Source: Neodothiora populina (lineage: Eukaryota). From it: a DNA stretch of 64,000 nt. Where the stretch lies: positions 1,302,001 through 1,366,000 of the forward strand of contig NW_027191413.1 in NCBI RefSeq assembly GCF_041146345.1. Reading direction: 5' to 3'. The notes beneath the pieces are model-generated. The model made no database searches, had not been told where the DNA came from, and saw nothing but the letters and a program-made list of their open reading frames with translations. Below are positions 47,258 through 59,508 of the stretch, in pieces (within the stretch, counting starts at the first letter, position 1; each line of letters starts with the position of its first letter). The position numbers and the translations under genes are program-made.

Positions 47258-48439
47258 ATGAATCCCGCCACATGCAGAGCATCCGCAAGAAACATGTCCG
47301 CCACCGCCGGAAGACGACTGAGATATCGACATAGCCCCTCCAGGCGGGGATATGCCACATCAAGCTTCCAGTCCGAGAGTCCGCTTGCGCCTTCTCAATC
47401 CGAGATAGCATCGGCCAGGCAACACTGTCTGAACCTCGTCAGGAAATATGACACTCCGTCATTCTTACTCCAGTCGTATATCCCACAACAATCGCGCGAT
47501 GCCTACCTTGCCATCCGCGCTTTCAATTTAGAAGTGGCGCGAACGGCGGACACCACCAGCACCCCTACCATCGGTGCCATGCGCCTCCAGTTCCAACGAG
47601 ATGCTGTCACAAAGGCTCTGGCCGGCACGCCGCCGAAGCAGCCCATCGCCATCCTCCTGGCACACGCGCTCGAGCATCTTGACCGACGGACCGACGGTCG
47701 CAGCAAATTCAGCAAGAGTTGGTTCATGCGCATCATCAATACTCGGGAACAACACCTCTCGAATCCGCCGTACCCTGACCTGGCCGCGCTGGAAAGTTAT
47801 GCAGAGAACACTTACTCGACCTTGTTGTACCTGACGCTGCAGTCCTTGCCTATGGCGAGCCTCACGGCGGATCACATTGCTTCACACATCGGCAAGGCGA
47901 CGGGCATTGCTACCATACTTCGGGGTCTACCGTTACTCGCCTTCCCACCTCCGCCTAACAGCCACTCGAACCAAGAAGCATTTTCTGGCGCTGTAGGCTC
48001 CACGCGACAGGGCGCTGTGGTGCTGCCTCTAGACATCATGGCACAGCATGGCGTAAGAGAAGAAGAAGTACTCAGGACAGGCGCAGAAGCGCAAGGTCTG
48101 AAGGACGCCGTCTTCACAGTCGCAACACGAGCCAACGACCACCTGATCACTGCGCGGGAGATGCTGAAGAACCTACGAGCAGGGCAGGAGGCAGGCCACG
48201 ATTTCGAGCATGCGCACGAGGAAGAGCACATTTACGATGTCTTGAACATGGACAAGCCCCTGACTCGGGCACAAGAGATCGAGAAGAGTTTCGGCATCTT
48301 CATGCCCGCCGTGTCGACAACATTGTGGCTGAACCAGCTCGAGAAGCACGACTTTGACGTCTTTGCACCAAAGCTCAGAGTTACGGACTGGAGACTACCC
48401 TGGGAGGCATTTTGGTCGTACAACCGACGTCAGCTGTAG
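47258..48439 (+). CDS. NDUFAF6-like complex I assembly factor (squalene/phytoene synthase fold)
   Basis: Arg/Ser-rich mitochondrial presequence-like N-terminus; CLNLVRKYD, AYLAIRAFNLE, LESYAENTYSTLLYL, DHIASHIGKA.GI..LRG and DFDVF motifs. Confidence 0.9.
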   Translation: MNPATCRASARNMSATAGRRLRYRHSPSRRGYATSSFQSESPLAPSQSEIASARQHCLNLVRKYDTPSFLLQSYIPQQSRDAYLAIRAFNLEVARTADTTSTPTIGAMRLQFQRDAVTKALAGTPPKQPIAILLAHALEHLDRRTDGRSKFSKSWFMRIINTREQHLSNPPYPDLAALESYAENTYSTLLYLTLQSLPMASLTADHIASHIGKATGIATILRGLPLLAFPPPPNSHSNQEAFSGAVGSTRQGAVVLPLDIMAQHGVREEEVLRTGAEAQGLKDAVFTVATRANDHLITAREMLKNLRAGQEAGHDFEHAHEEEHIYDVLNMDKPLTRAQEIEKSFGIFMPAVSTTLWLNQLEKHDFDVFAPKLRVTDWRLPWEAFWSYNRRQL

Positions 48440-50078
48440 ACGATCGGTGCTGGAAGTCTGCTTATGACGAGACATGTACACTGTAACGATATACAATCTG
48501 TAAATTACCCGAGTCAAACACCAAGGCGAAACCCTACCTTAAGGTAACCTTAAGGTAGCAAGAATCGTCCCATTTCTCCAGTCTGCAGCCAGGGCGCACA
48601 GTGAAAAGTAAAAGCACATTCGATCTTACCTTTACCTACCATTCACACAATACCTTCGTGCACTCCACCCGACTCGGGCACTCAACAAATCATCACGGTA
48701 CCTAAGGTACGAAATAGTACAAAGCAGCGAAATGGTCAACCGAGACGTCAACCGAGACGACGCATGACCCTAGATCAAGTAGTAAAACAACACGCGCCGG
48801 TGCAGTCTGAAAGCGAGACCCTAACACCGAAGAAACGCGATCATCAAAACCTCCCAAGACAAATTGAATTCTCGGCGCGAAAAGGAGCACAATCCCCCCC
48901 CTTCGCGATCGAAAAAAAAGCCCTTGGAAGCCTCGTCTCGCCGTATGCGAAACCTCCGCGACAGAAGGTACTTGTACATTAGTAAGGTAAGGTAAGGTAG
49001 GTATCTAGTTGTAGATCTACAGTGCATGATTTCGCCGAGACGGAGCGTTGATCGTTATTCCTTTGCCCTTTTTTTTTCCCGGGTCTCTTTCGCAAACGAT
49101 TGTAGAAGGTTTGGAACGCAGTAGAGGTGGTTCCGCCGAGTGCGAAGTTCCTTTGCTAGATCGGCTTCGAGAGGACGTTGGTCGGAGATGTACGACCTTC
49201 GTTAGGACAGCGGAGGGATCTGGGATGGCATGTACTTCGGTATGAAGCACTTGGCTGGAGCATTATTCATCCCATCGCGCTTGCGTGGGTTGTTCTTCTC
49301 GCTGGGACATACGTGTATACTCGATTGACGAGTGGGATCCTTACTGTCTATCAACATGATGCTCTCCCTGTTTTTCACTGTCATACGATTCACCGAAATT
49401 GTGGCAGGGTTGTAGTCGCGTGAAGCGAGAAGGTCTACCGAGGAAGTGGTTTTTAAGTCATGGACTATTTACTGTGTAAGGTAGTCATTAAGTAGTCATT
49501 AAGGCATTATTGGCCTATGGGTCTCAATGGCTCAATATCACAGACTTATTGACCATCCATTAGAGTTTTGTCGACAATTCATCATTGAGTCATTGACCAA
49601 AAACCGAGAATAGGAACCTCTCATTAGAGTAAGTGAAGTCCGCCTTACCTTAGGTAGACAAAGCAATTCATAGGTACAAGTGCCTAAGTACCATATTTAC
49701 TCACTTTCTCCAAGTTAACAAGCTAGTACAAAGAGAGAGAGCAAAGCGACATTCCTAAAGTCGCCATTAAATTGACTATACTATACCAAACTATACCCAA
49801 GCGCATAATAACATCCTCCCTTACTCGATCTACCATTACCCAGCCGGAACCCACAAGCCGGATACGAGTAGGTAAGCAAGCCACAATCAACCATTACAGT
49901 CCCCCGTTTACGCCAGGACCAACGAAACAACATCGAAACGAAGATTGGCACAAAAGACAGTACTAGAGTATCAGGGCAACCAACAACGAGAAGACGATCC
50001 ATCCTTGAACCCAGCAGAAGGGGTCGGTGAGGCCCACTATTTGTTTTTTCCCCTTTTCTACTTTTGCTTAGCGGCATG

Positions 50079-50102
50079 GCTTGCTTGCTTGCTTGCTTGC
50101 TT
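50079..50102 (+). repeat. (GCTT)n microsatellite
   Basis: Direct reading, about 6 units. Confidence 0.85.
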
Positions 50103-50832
50103 TCTTGCTTTCTTGCCCTGATAGCCCTTGTGTGTATTCGTGATATTGTTTCTTGTTCTCGTTTCAGCGGGCCGACGAAACACGGCTGGTAAGGTGGTGC
50201 AGATGTGGTTCTTCGCTGCCTGCCGCAATGCGCGGTGCTGCGCTGGGTGGGCTTGCGTGTACATGTATCTTTTATTTGTAGTTGTGCATGTGGGAAATGC
50301 TTATCTTGACCTGACCTTACTTTTGACCATGGTTCGCCTCAGTATGTGTCAAAGTGCTGTAGATGCGCAATGCATTTTAAGCTTCAGAATTAAGAAGTGA
50401 TGGATGCATGCATCATGTATGAATCTGCGTGTGTGTGCTGTCTTGCTCAGATGGCAGAACAAACACATGGCGCTTACATATCACGCATGACCGCGCAGCA
50501 AACACATCGGGAGAAATGCCAGCTCACATCGGATGTTCCAGCGCATCGCATTAGTGATGTGAATCACGATACATTTTGAGGCGCCCAAACGAGTGGCAGA
50601 GGGCGCCGTTTTCGAAGAATAAATAAAAATGCCACAATGTGACTAAACGAGCTATATGTGCAATAACAGAATTAACAAGGGAGGGTATAACGTTCCTTCT
50701 TTGGGGTGGTCGCATTGCGCACCCTGGTCAGTACGCATTAATTCATGCCATGGTCGCGCTTTTCCCCTAGTCTTCAAAAAAGTGAGAGGAGAAACAGGGC
50801 CACAGATCAAGGAGCAAATGAGCCACTACCAA

Positions 50833-52204
50833 TCATGAGTCGAGAACAACGCTCTGCCGCACAATCTTCTCATCCGGGAAAGCCTCTGCTTGGGCTTGCA
50901 CCCTGGGCTTATGCAGACGAAGAGCGTACAAGAACCAATCCTCCAAGGGAAGAAGGTTCAGTAAGACCGCGTTTGCATTCCAAGCTAATCCACAAACTAC
51001 TGCGCCTGCGACGGCGTCAAGGATGAAATGGTTTGCAGTGGCGACAATCGCGACCAGAATGATAGCTGGGTAGAGGAAGCCGACGAACACGGCGATCAAA
51101 CGTCTCCATGCTGGGATACGCAAGCTGAATTTACCCGTGCCAAACACAACGCTGGTAGATCTGCGTGGCGCGAGAGGGATAGTCATGATGGTCAGCCCGA
51201 CGAGCAGACTGTATCCGAAGTGAAGACTCGGCATTGCGGCATATTGATTGCAAAACTTGTTTTGTGTCCAGACCGAGCTTTCGCCTGAAGAGCCATGGAC
51301 TGTGTCAACGAAACCGTAGCCTTTGGCCTCCTTCGCATCCGGACCCTTGTAACCTGGATCGCTGAGGAGTCGCGGTGGCATACACGGCCAGAGTGTAAAG
51401 ATAACGAAGGCGATGAGGTTGCAGACGGCCATAGTACGCCTACGAGCTTCGTAAAGTGCTGGTCCCGCGGGACTGCCTGCAGGTCTGGCAGGCGAGCCTG
51501 AGCGTGATCTGGGAAGGGTGGAAACGCGATTCGAGACGATGGTGTAGTAATATAGTCCAACAAGGAAGAGGATAGTCCCAGGGATATGAATGAACGAGTA
51601 GATGCGGTTGATCCAGTGCATAAGAGTAGGATAGCTCCTGAAGAATTCTTGGAATGCGCGTTCATGAAAGATACCAAGGGCTTGCTCAAGATGTATGACT
51701 TGTAGCGCATGGCGACGTGCTGTATATACGGTCCCTTGGACCAACGTGACTGCTGTGAATGCGCGACCAAGTTGGTACACCTGCGTTTGGTTAGTCATGT
51801 AATATCCATGCTGTAGCGCAGCGCTCTTGACATACCCAGTATACTAATGCCCAATACCATACTTCGACCAGGAAGGGTAGTTTGACAAGTAGTCTGCTCA
51901 ACAGCCTGTCCTCAAAGACGCTTGTGTCGGGTGTCCTGACTTCTTTTGTCCACCCTGCCAGTCTGAACTCACGCCTCTGCCAGCCATCACCTTGTTCACT
52001 TCCATGGGACTGGCTGAGGAGGCTATCTGTCTCGCGTGTGGGACTGTGTTCGCCCGACTCCAGGCCACCTGGTGTATCGTCGCGCTTGCCGCTATGATAA
52101 GGTTGTCGATGCGATCGATCTGAGGAACGTGTTCGATTTATCCATGTGCCACCAAAGAGGAGGAACACAACCACTCCGGGTTCGATGAAAGCTCCTGCGC
52201 CCAT
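50833..52204 (-). CDS. PAP2_3 / Aur1-Ipt1-like integral membrane protein
   Basis: YSFIHIPGT, WPCMPPRL, YAAMPSLHFGY and ATANHFILDA motifs. Intron 51835-51781 joins the two ORFs (YW|VYQLGRA). Confidence 0.88.
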
Positions 52205-54045
52205 ACTAGAGGAGGACTATTTGTTTTGATGTTGTTAGGTGGCAACGTATATACAGCACGAGCACACTTATAAGGGTGTATTGATCGGATAGGTACGGTG
52301 CGATGATGCTCGTGTGACGTCGGCTCACTGAGCAATGACTCCGGTATAATAGATGAAGCCCCGCCGCTCTAGATTCTGAAGGTACTGGACAAGGAAAGTG
52401 AGTAATACGTGAAATGCGAGGATGAAAGGAGATATGAAGGAGGAGAGAAGTTGGAAAGCTAATCTGTTTACTTGAACCAAATGAAATATGTAATCAGCGC
52501 CAGCAGGACCTACCACATCTGCCAGGACCCGATAGCCTCGAGCTCAAGGCTAGCATTCCTGTGGCCTCGTCTATAGTAGGTATTTGATGCGAGACGGCTA
52601 CGGAATAGCGCAGGATCCGTCAGATGAGACGGTTCCGAGGCCAGGGATCTCATGGCAACATCTCATAGGATACAAGATGGGGAACCAAAGTATGAACCAC
52701 TTATGAGAGTATGACTGGCGCCGCTTAGGCAACTGTCGTGCATAGTATCATGCTGGAGAAGGCGCCGAGCGGCGCCGAGCTATACAAAGACAGCTTAACG
52801 ACTCAGTCAATCCGCACGACAACTCGCCAGGCCGACCAAGTTATTTGCTCACCGATTGAAGATTAACGGAAGCTGCAGATGGCCGTCAGTGGCCGCTTGC
52901 TCTTACGCGGATCCTCTCGCAACGTCTGCTAGCAGGAAATACAGTGCTATTACCTATAGCACCCACGTGTCGGATGCCGATCGACCCCGAGTGGTCGCGT
53001 GAGAGGTTGACATACCTCATTGGGGGGATGCAGCAGTACAAAGAGTAAGCATTGAAGTCAAAAAACATTCCTTTCCACGGAGTTCCGGCAAGCAATGATC
53101 CGTGTGGGGCAAATTCCACGCCAGTGAATGCTTGAATTATATCTCCGTATAGTAGTATTCGACTAGAGTTAGTATTGGCTCTTTTTTGGAAATTCAAGCA
53201 TAGCTCAGGTGTGTCTCACCGTAGAGCTCCTCGGGCTTCGCATATGCCGACGAGTCAATTCATAGGAAGGCACACCATCGTCTATGTATTGTGCTTCGAG
53301 AAGTCATCTCACTTCGGTGTTCGATTGATCTTGTAGCGACTACCTTATTGAGAAATTAGGCACGAGCCAGCCTAGCACACTCCGGCAACCTCGGAGAGCC
53401 TAACTTGCAGTAAGCCCTTATGCCTGATTGATAGTTGACGCCACTCCACCGAGATCATCTGACCGTTCAGGATGGCTTCGGATCTCGATTGCTACGAAGT
53501 TCCTACTCGTGTGACAGAAGCCTGTGCACTGATACTGCTCGTTCTCTTCTCATCACTAAGGGACGCTTACATCGTCAGCACGGCGCAGCCTGACGTTGCG
53601 CACACGTGGATGAGCACAACGACCATGACGCCTTAAGTCGCAAAATTGCTAGCCATCCGGATGCCTGGCGTGCGTTATCAGTAGGAACTGTGCGATACGA
53701 TCTTAATGACCAACGAGTGGGTTCGCGAACATCAGCTCTGACCACTGTCGATCGGCCGCTATACGATAATCTATCATGCCCCAACCAGCTTCTGTCCTCT
53801 GTGTATACGATGGTCTTGCAGAACCCTGCAGACCTTTGCTCTGATCCACCGCCTCTCCAACCTGGCTCTTGAGAACGGATGAGTTGTGCCTGATGTGATC
53901 GAAAAGCACCCATCCATTTTTTGTTCCTCCTCTGATCTCCCATGGACGGGGCCCCAAGTTTCATTAGAAGCACTGACACAGATATCGAATCCCGTCTTCT
54001 TGTATTTCCCACCCCTGGCCTTCTCGCAGTGGTTCAGGCTACAAC

Positions 54046-54423
54046 TTAAGCAACGAACAACCCAAGCACGAACCCAATGACCATCACAGCGAGCAAACCA
54101 ACAACACATGCCGCCCAAGCAATCGTCGCCCTCAAGCCCGAATCTCGTCTGATCCTGCTGACCTGAACGAAGACATCGTCGTTTTTCTTGTCTGTCGACT
54201 CTGCCGCTGTTGCCACTGATGTACTCGCAAAAACGGAGTCTCGACGTTGACTTTGGCCATCCTTTTGTGGCAGCATACCACCAGCTTCACATTCAGGACT
54301 CGACATGAATGAAGCGTCGCGATCAATATCGCTGCGACCTGGTAGTCGTCGATCCGAGACTAAAGCTTTGCTGTCTCTGCTGTCTCTTCCATGAACGCGT
54401 GTGCCGATGTCGTTGTGCATCAT
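54046..54423 (-). CDS. Possible small tail-anchored membrane protein or gene remnant
   Basis: ATG-initiated hydrophilic ORF ending in a ~25-aa hydrophobic segment (IAWAACVVGLLAVMVIGFVLGLFVA); no family recognised. Confidence 0.3.
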   Translation of the reverse strand: MMHNDIGTRVHGRDSRDSKALVSDRRLPGRSDIDRDASFMSSPECEAGGMLPQKDGQSQRRDSVFASTSVATAAESTDKKNDDVFVQVSRIRRDSGLRATIAWAACVVGLLAVMVIGFVLGLFVA

Positions 54424-55146
54424 AGCGTATGGCTTCGTCAAAGTCCAAGTACTGTATTTGTAGAAGAGGAGGAGGAAGGGGCAAATTGAGTCTGCGCCTG
54501 AGGGTTCGCTTGATCTTGCTGTTGCTGCTGCTGACAATCTATGACAGAGGATAGTCTTTTTTCTCTCTCGTGCGTGTTATCAATGTGTGCTGCTCTGCGA
54601 AGCGTCCTTGATTGTCTGCCTATTTTTCGTTTTGTAGGTCTATTACCATGTCAGATGATCGTGATCAGTCGAATAGTACGCTGCTCTTTTTTTCCTTTTT
54701 CAACATTTCTTCATGCACCTCAGTCCTTCTAACTTTCCTCTTTCCCTACCATTAAGGCGCAGCATCATGATGACCACCCACAGCATTTTGACCAACATTA
54801 TCATTATTACCTCAATACCGCTTGCACAGAAGAAACCAAATGTAAATTGAGGTCAATATCACATCCAAAAAGCTTAATTTCCATTCCCTAACTTATCACC
54901 CCACCTATATCCTACTGATATACCTCCAAAAAGGAACGGATGTCTTGCCCTTCAAGACCCAGCTGCCTTTTTCGCCTAACATACTACCAGTAATATACCA
55001 AAGCAGGCCCGAAGGTGTGGGTTCAGGGTTCTTTGCGCTGATTTGAGAGAGATAATATTGTGGGTTGGAAGGGAAAGGGGGTGATTCTGTGATTCCGCTG
55101 TCAATCTGCAGTGGAGCTTGGTCTTAGTCATTGGGCATTTGAGGGC

Positions 55147-55194
55147 TCGACTATTCATTACAGACTCATCGACTATTCATTACAGACTCATCGA
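55147..55194 (+). repeat. Perfect 22-bp tandem duplication (TCGACTATTCATTACAGACTCA x2) downstream of RIA1
   Basis: Units at 55147-55168 and 55169-55190; resembles the 11-bp repeat family at 58947-60023. Confidence 0.9.
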
Positions 55195-55215
55195 GTGCAG
55201 TCCCCTTTTGACATT

Positions 55216-58200
55216 CTATCGCTTCAGAGTTTTTTGCTTCTCGCCGTGCTCCACAATATGCTTCTTGACGAACAGCCCCTTCCTCTGCCTGACCTTGTCC
55301 ACGTATCTCTTGGCCACATTCTCTCTGTCGCCCTTTTCTCCGTAATCTTCCAATTCTTCCTCCGTGGTCGGCACCCAGAACGGATCCTCGTCTAAAACTT
55401 CGAACCCTTCGAAGACAAGTTGTGGGGCAGCCGCGCCACTGGTCCTCTTCCTGATCTCGTCTGAAAATCCGAAGCTCTCTGCCACGGGAAGCAAAGCAAG
55501 GATGGTGAAATTGGGCGAGGGCTCGAGGAGAGACTCGGAGATGATGCGGCCGCGTCGGCGGGTGATGACACCATAAACACGACCCAAGACCTCGGCACTC
55601 GATTGAATCTCGCAACTGTACATGGCGAGCAAGATGCGAGGAGACCAGTCAAGGAATCCGGTGCGGATCCCGTCGCGCGTGGCCTTCATGACTTCTCCTG
55701 TAAGACGACCCATGTTGAAATCTTCCTCCGAGCTGGCCTGGTTGATTGTGACATTTTCCAAGAAGACTGCAATGCCTTGGATTGGCTCATTGCATAGTGG
55801 TCCCTGGTTGGTAGCAAGCTGAAAGGCGTGGGCTATCTTGTCAGCAAAGTCGGCGGCGCGGAGTCCTTCGGCCGTCTCAGCTGTGCCGGAAGACTGGTCC
55901 TTGCTGTCTTGAGTAGAATGTAAGCTAGATAGTATGTTAGTACTGCTCGGTGATGTATCAGAAATAGTTCACTCACAATTTGCCGCAAATGCCTCCCTTG
56001 GTAGAGTCGATGAGGACATTCGGACCGGTTCTTCTGGGACCAAAAGCAGTGATGTTCTCGACTGCATCAGCCCACACTCCTTCGTCGCCCTTCGCTTCTG
56101 CAAATGTCGCAGCTAACTGTTGCTTGAAGTCTTCCATAGAGAGGACACGTCCAGTGTCCACGGTGCCAACGTCGTTGGTCGCCTCTTGATCTGCAGGTAG
56201 CTCACCAGCTACTTCGCCATTGCTCTCTGTCAACTTTCCCTCAGCCTCTGCTCTTCGCTCGGAATACAGACGCTTGATTGGGCCCGCGTTCTTGGCCAAG
56301 AACTGCGTGACTTCCTCCGGCAGAGGGCGTACACAGAGGCGAATAGTGATCTGTTTGCTAGTTGTAGTAGCCTCCACTCTACCACGTCCTAAGTCGGGGT
56401 ATTTCGGTGGACTCATGTCCTCTGACTGCCCAGTAGTAGTGTTCATCACGTAATTGCGGATCCCCTCCCGGTATGGCACAATGACTTCGCCAGCTTGAAC
56501 ATCACATTTTGCGAACCGCTCTCGAAGATCCTTCAGACAACGTTCAAGATGCAGTTCACCAGCGGTGAGAATGACGTGCTCGCCACTTTCCAGCTGCTCA
56601 TAGAGCACTGCTGGATCAGCTTGCTCGAGAAGGTGTAAACCCTTGATCATCTTGTCCAAGTCGCCCGGCCATGCAGGCTCTAACGCAACACGTACGATAG
56701 GAGCGTTCGTGCTGATAGCTGCAGACGAAGAAAGATTCGGCGCGCCCTCGAGCTGGGAACAGAGTGTTCCAGACTTGAGGATCGCACCATCTAGACCTCC
56801 GATACCTACGATTGAACCGGCGGGTACGGAATTCAGCGACTCCAGACTCCGGCCCATCAACAAGTACAGAGCAGTGATTGTGACCTTTTTCGGTTCGGGC
56901 GCAGTGTGTGGCGCAGCTGGTGTGAACTTCGGCGGCAGAACATAGACTTCTTGTCCTACAGTCAGTGTGCCGGAAAAGAGTCTGGCGAAACCGATCAAAT
57001 GCTCCTTGACCTCCTTTTGTTCCACCTCTTCGCCTCCGTCTTCGTAGTCGTCCTCGTCGTCCCCAATGGCCGCCTTGCTCAAAGCCTCTGCGACGGAATC
57101 TATACCATTGTCTTCTCCCTCTGCAAGGGCTTGAGCTCGTGCAATCTCTGCGCGCTTCTTGCGCCCAAGCTCACGAGCCTCTTCTGCGGACAACGCGCCG
57201 CCTCTGCGCTTGTTTATCGGTAGTTCATCCTCTGGAACCGCGACCATTTTGCTGACATAAGCCACGATGGGTTCGTCGGTCGAAGTCTTGGAGTCGATCA
57301 TTGAAGACTTGATTTTTGGATCGAGATGAGTTGAGCCAGGAGTTGCGTCGAGTAGAGCTGGCATACGTGAGGCTTGTGAGACTACCGGAGATGGCAGGTG
57401 TTCGATAACCGAGACCAGTACAGCTGTGGAGAGCGGCAGCCAAGACTGGAAGACAGTAGTGAGTAGGGCACGGGGATCTCTCGAACGAAGGACATGAGGA
57501 GGGATTTTGATGTTGAGGGACTTTGTGATCTTCTGAAGAAGCTCGGGGTCACTGGTATTCACGTCAGCAATTGTACGAGAAGAAGATATGCGATATGGGG
57601 GGAGAACATACCCCTTTCCATTATCACCTCCCACGGTGGCGTCGTAGACAGCCCATATATTGTCGAGTACGAGTTGCACGAACATGGGCTTCAGGTTTCT
57701 ACCCTTCAAGTGCTTGCTGGTCAGGACTCTTTTGGTCTTTGGATCAAGATAGAAATCTCCCCAAAGCACCTTCTCCAGTATTGAACGCTTGATGCCGAGT
57801 TTTTTCTCATAGAGCGCTGCAAACTGTCGAGGGGTAAAGGCCCAGCCATCGATGGCACTCCCAAAGATGACGTTGTTGTTCTCGGGCCCGAAGTAGATGT
57901 CTTCGTCGTCCTTTTCCTCGTATTCTGCCGGGGTGTCGCTTGTGGAGATGCCGTCTTCTTCCTCAACGACGCTTCCCTTTACTTTGGCCTCTCCGCCTGC
58001 TGCAGCATTCACCCGCTCATCAACTCTTTCTCTCCAGTTCAGATCGTCCATCATTCTTTCGCCTTGGAAGAAGCTGCCCATGACGGCATTGACCTGCTCG
58101 ATGAGTCTGCTCAGATGTGTGTATGCCTCTCCCGGACTCATCTTCAATTCGGTAATCAGTCTGTCCATTTTGTTGATGACGAGGAGCGGCTTCAGCTTTT

Positions 58201-58761
58201 CCATCCATGCCTGCCTCAGAACTGTGATTGTCTGACTGCACACACCCTCCACGGCATCCACGAGAATTACAGCGCCATCGCACAGACGGGATGCTGTTGA
58301 CACCTCGCTACTGAAATCAATGTGTCCCGGAGAATCGATTAGGTTGATTAAATGCTCTTTTTGCTCGGGCTCGGCATCGGGGGAGGATCGTTTTAGGATG
58401 GAGAAGTATAGAGATATGGCTGAGGACTCCATAGTGATACCTCGAAGTTGTTCATCAGGTCTTGAGTCGAGGTATCGCACTCTGCCAGCCAATTTGGGCG
58501 AAATGATGCCGTTTGTGGCGATAAGGGCATCGGAGAGAGAGGTTTTGCCATGGTCCTGTTCATCATTAGATTGGATATGAAGATAATATATATCGAGTCC
58601 ATCGATGACATACCACATGAGCGAGGATACAGATCTACAACACAGGGTCAGTAATTCCATACACAGGGCGATATATATGTATGATGGCAGCGACTGACGT
58701 TCCGTATGCCATCGGCGGCATGTTGTAGCTTCACGAGCTTCTCTGCCGGCACGACGGGCAT
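55216..58761 (-). CDS. RIA1: Ribosome assembly GTPase Ria1/Efl1 (EF-2 paralog)
   Basis: IRNICILAHVDHGKT, RYLDSRPDEQLRGITMESS, LINLIDSPGHIDF, INKMDRL, C-terminal RKRTSGAA.PQL..DPFWVP..KQKTLKR. Exons 58761-58699, 58634-58614 (21 nt), 58555-57612, 57551-55977, 55924-55216. Confidence 0.95.
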
Positions 58762-58946
58762 TGTGTAGATGTACAGGCGGCCCTCTTCCTTGAGTGTTAT
58801 AGATTATCCCTCCCTTTCTGTCGTCAAATATGGTGAAAGTAGGGTTGAGACCGGAACGAGGAGAGGCGCAAAGCGAAAGGCAAATGTGCCGTAGATGTAG
58901 AGATCTAATCGCGTCCGCAGAATAAGAGAAAAAGGATCTCGTTTTT

Positions 58947-59140
58947 AGTCATCGACTTCTCTCTAAGCAGTCATTGATCATTCACTGAGTAGTCATCCAC
59001 TATTCGTCAAAAGGTCATTGACAGTTCATGCGCTAGTCATTCACTGCTCGTTAAGGAGTCACTAAACAGTCATCAGGGAATCGAAGACCGTTCATGAAGG
59101 AGAGTTATTGCATGTTCATTGCGGGGACATTGACCAGTCT
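58947..59140. repeat. Degenerate 11-bp tandem repeat (AGTCATTGACY-like)
   Basis: AGTCATCGACT, AGTCATTGATC, ATTCACTGAGT, AGTCATCCACT, GGTCATTGAC and others in approximate 11-nt register. Confidence 0.7.
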
Positions 59141-59151
59141 CGAGCTCCTCA

Positions 59152-59253
59152 ATAATGATATTTGCCTATGCTAATGATAGTTACCTATACTCATGATAGT
59201 TGCATATGCTAATGATAGTGATATATACTAATGATAGTCACCTATGCTAATGG
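59152..59253 (+). repeat. 19-bp tandem repeat (CTAATGATAGTTRCCTATR-like), 5 copies plus a partial
   Basis: Units start at 59152, 59171, 59190, 59209, 59228; partial at 59247. Confidence 0.88.
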
Positions 59254-59508
59254 CTTTTGAGTCATCCCAATAATTATCTCTCGTATGACTCTGCCCTTCC
59301 AGTCTGTCGTCTTCCCTGATTTTCTCGTAGCCCCGCTATCTCCACCTTCGAGGCAGGTAAGACGTGTTTTCCTCGCACCTGCACTTTTTGCAACGCGACG
59401 ACACAACGGCAGGTGCAACGATTCACAACCCACGTCATCGCCCGAAAGGGAAGTGCCCGCCCTCTTCACCTCCGCTCCGCATTTTACTGTACAACGGAGC
59501 TCGTTTCC

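Noticed and set aside
48440..50830. Possible structured ncRNA such as telomerase RNA (ACCCTAAC near 48818; CTTCGG hairpin near 49235)
   Set aside because: The template-like match is short and I could identify no other conserved elements.
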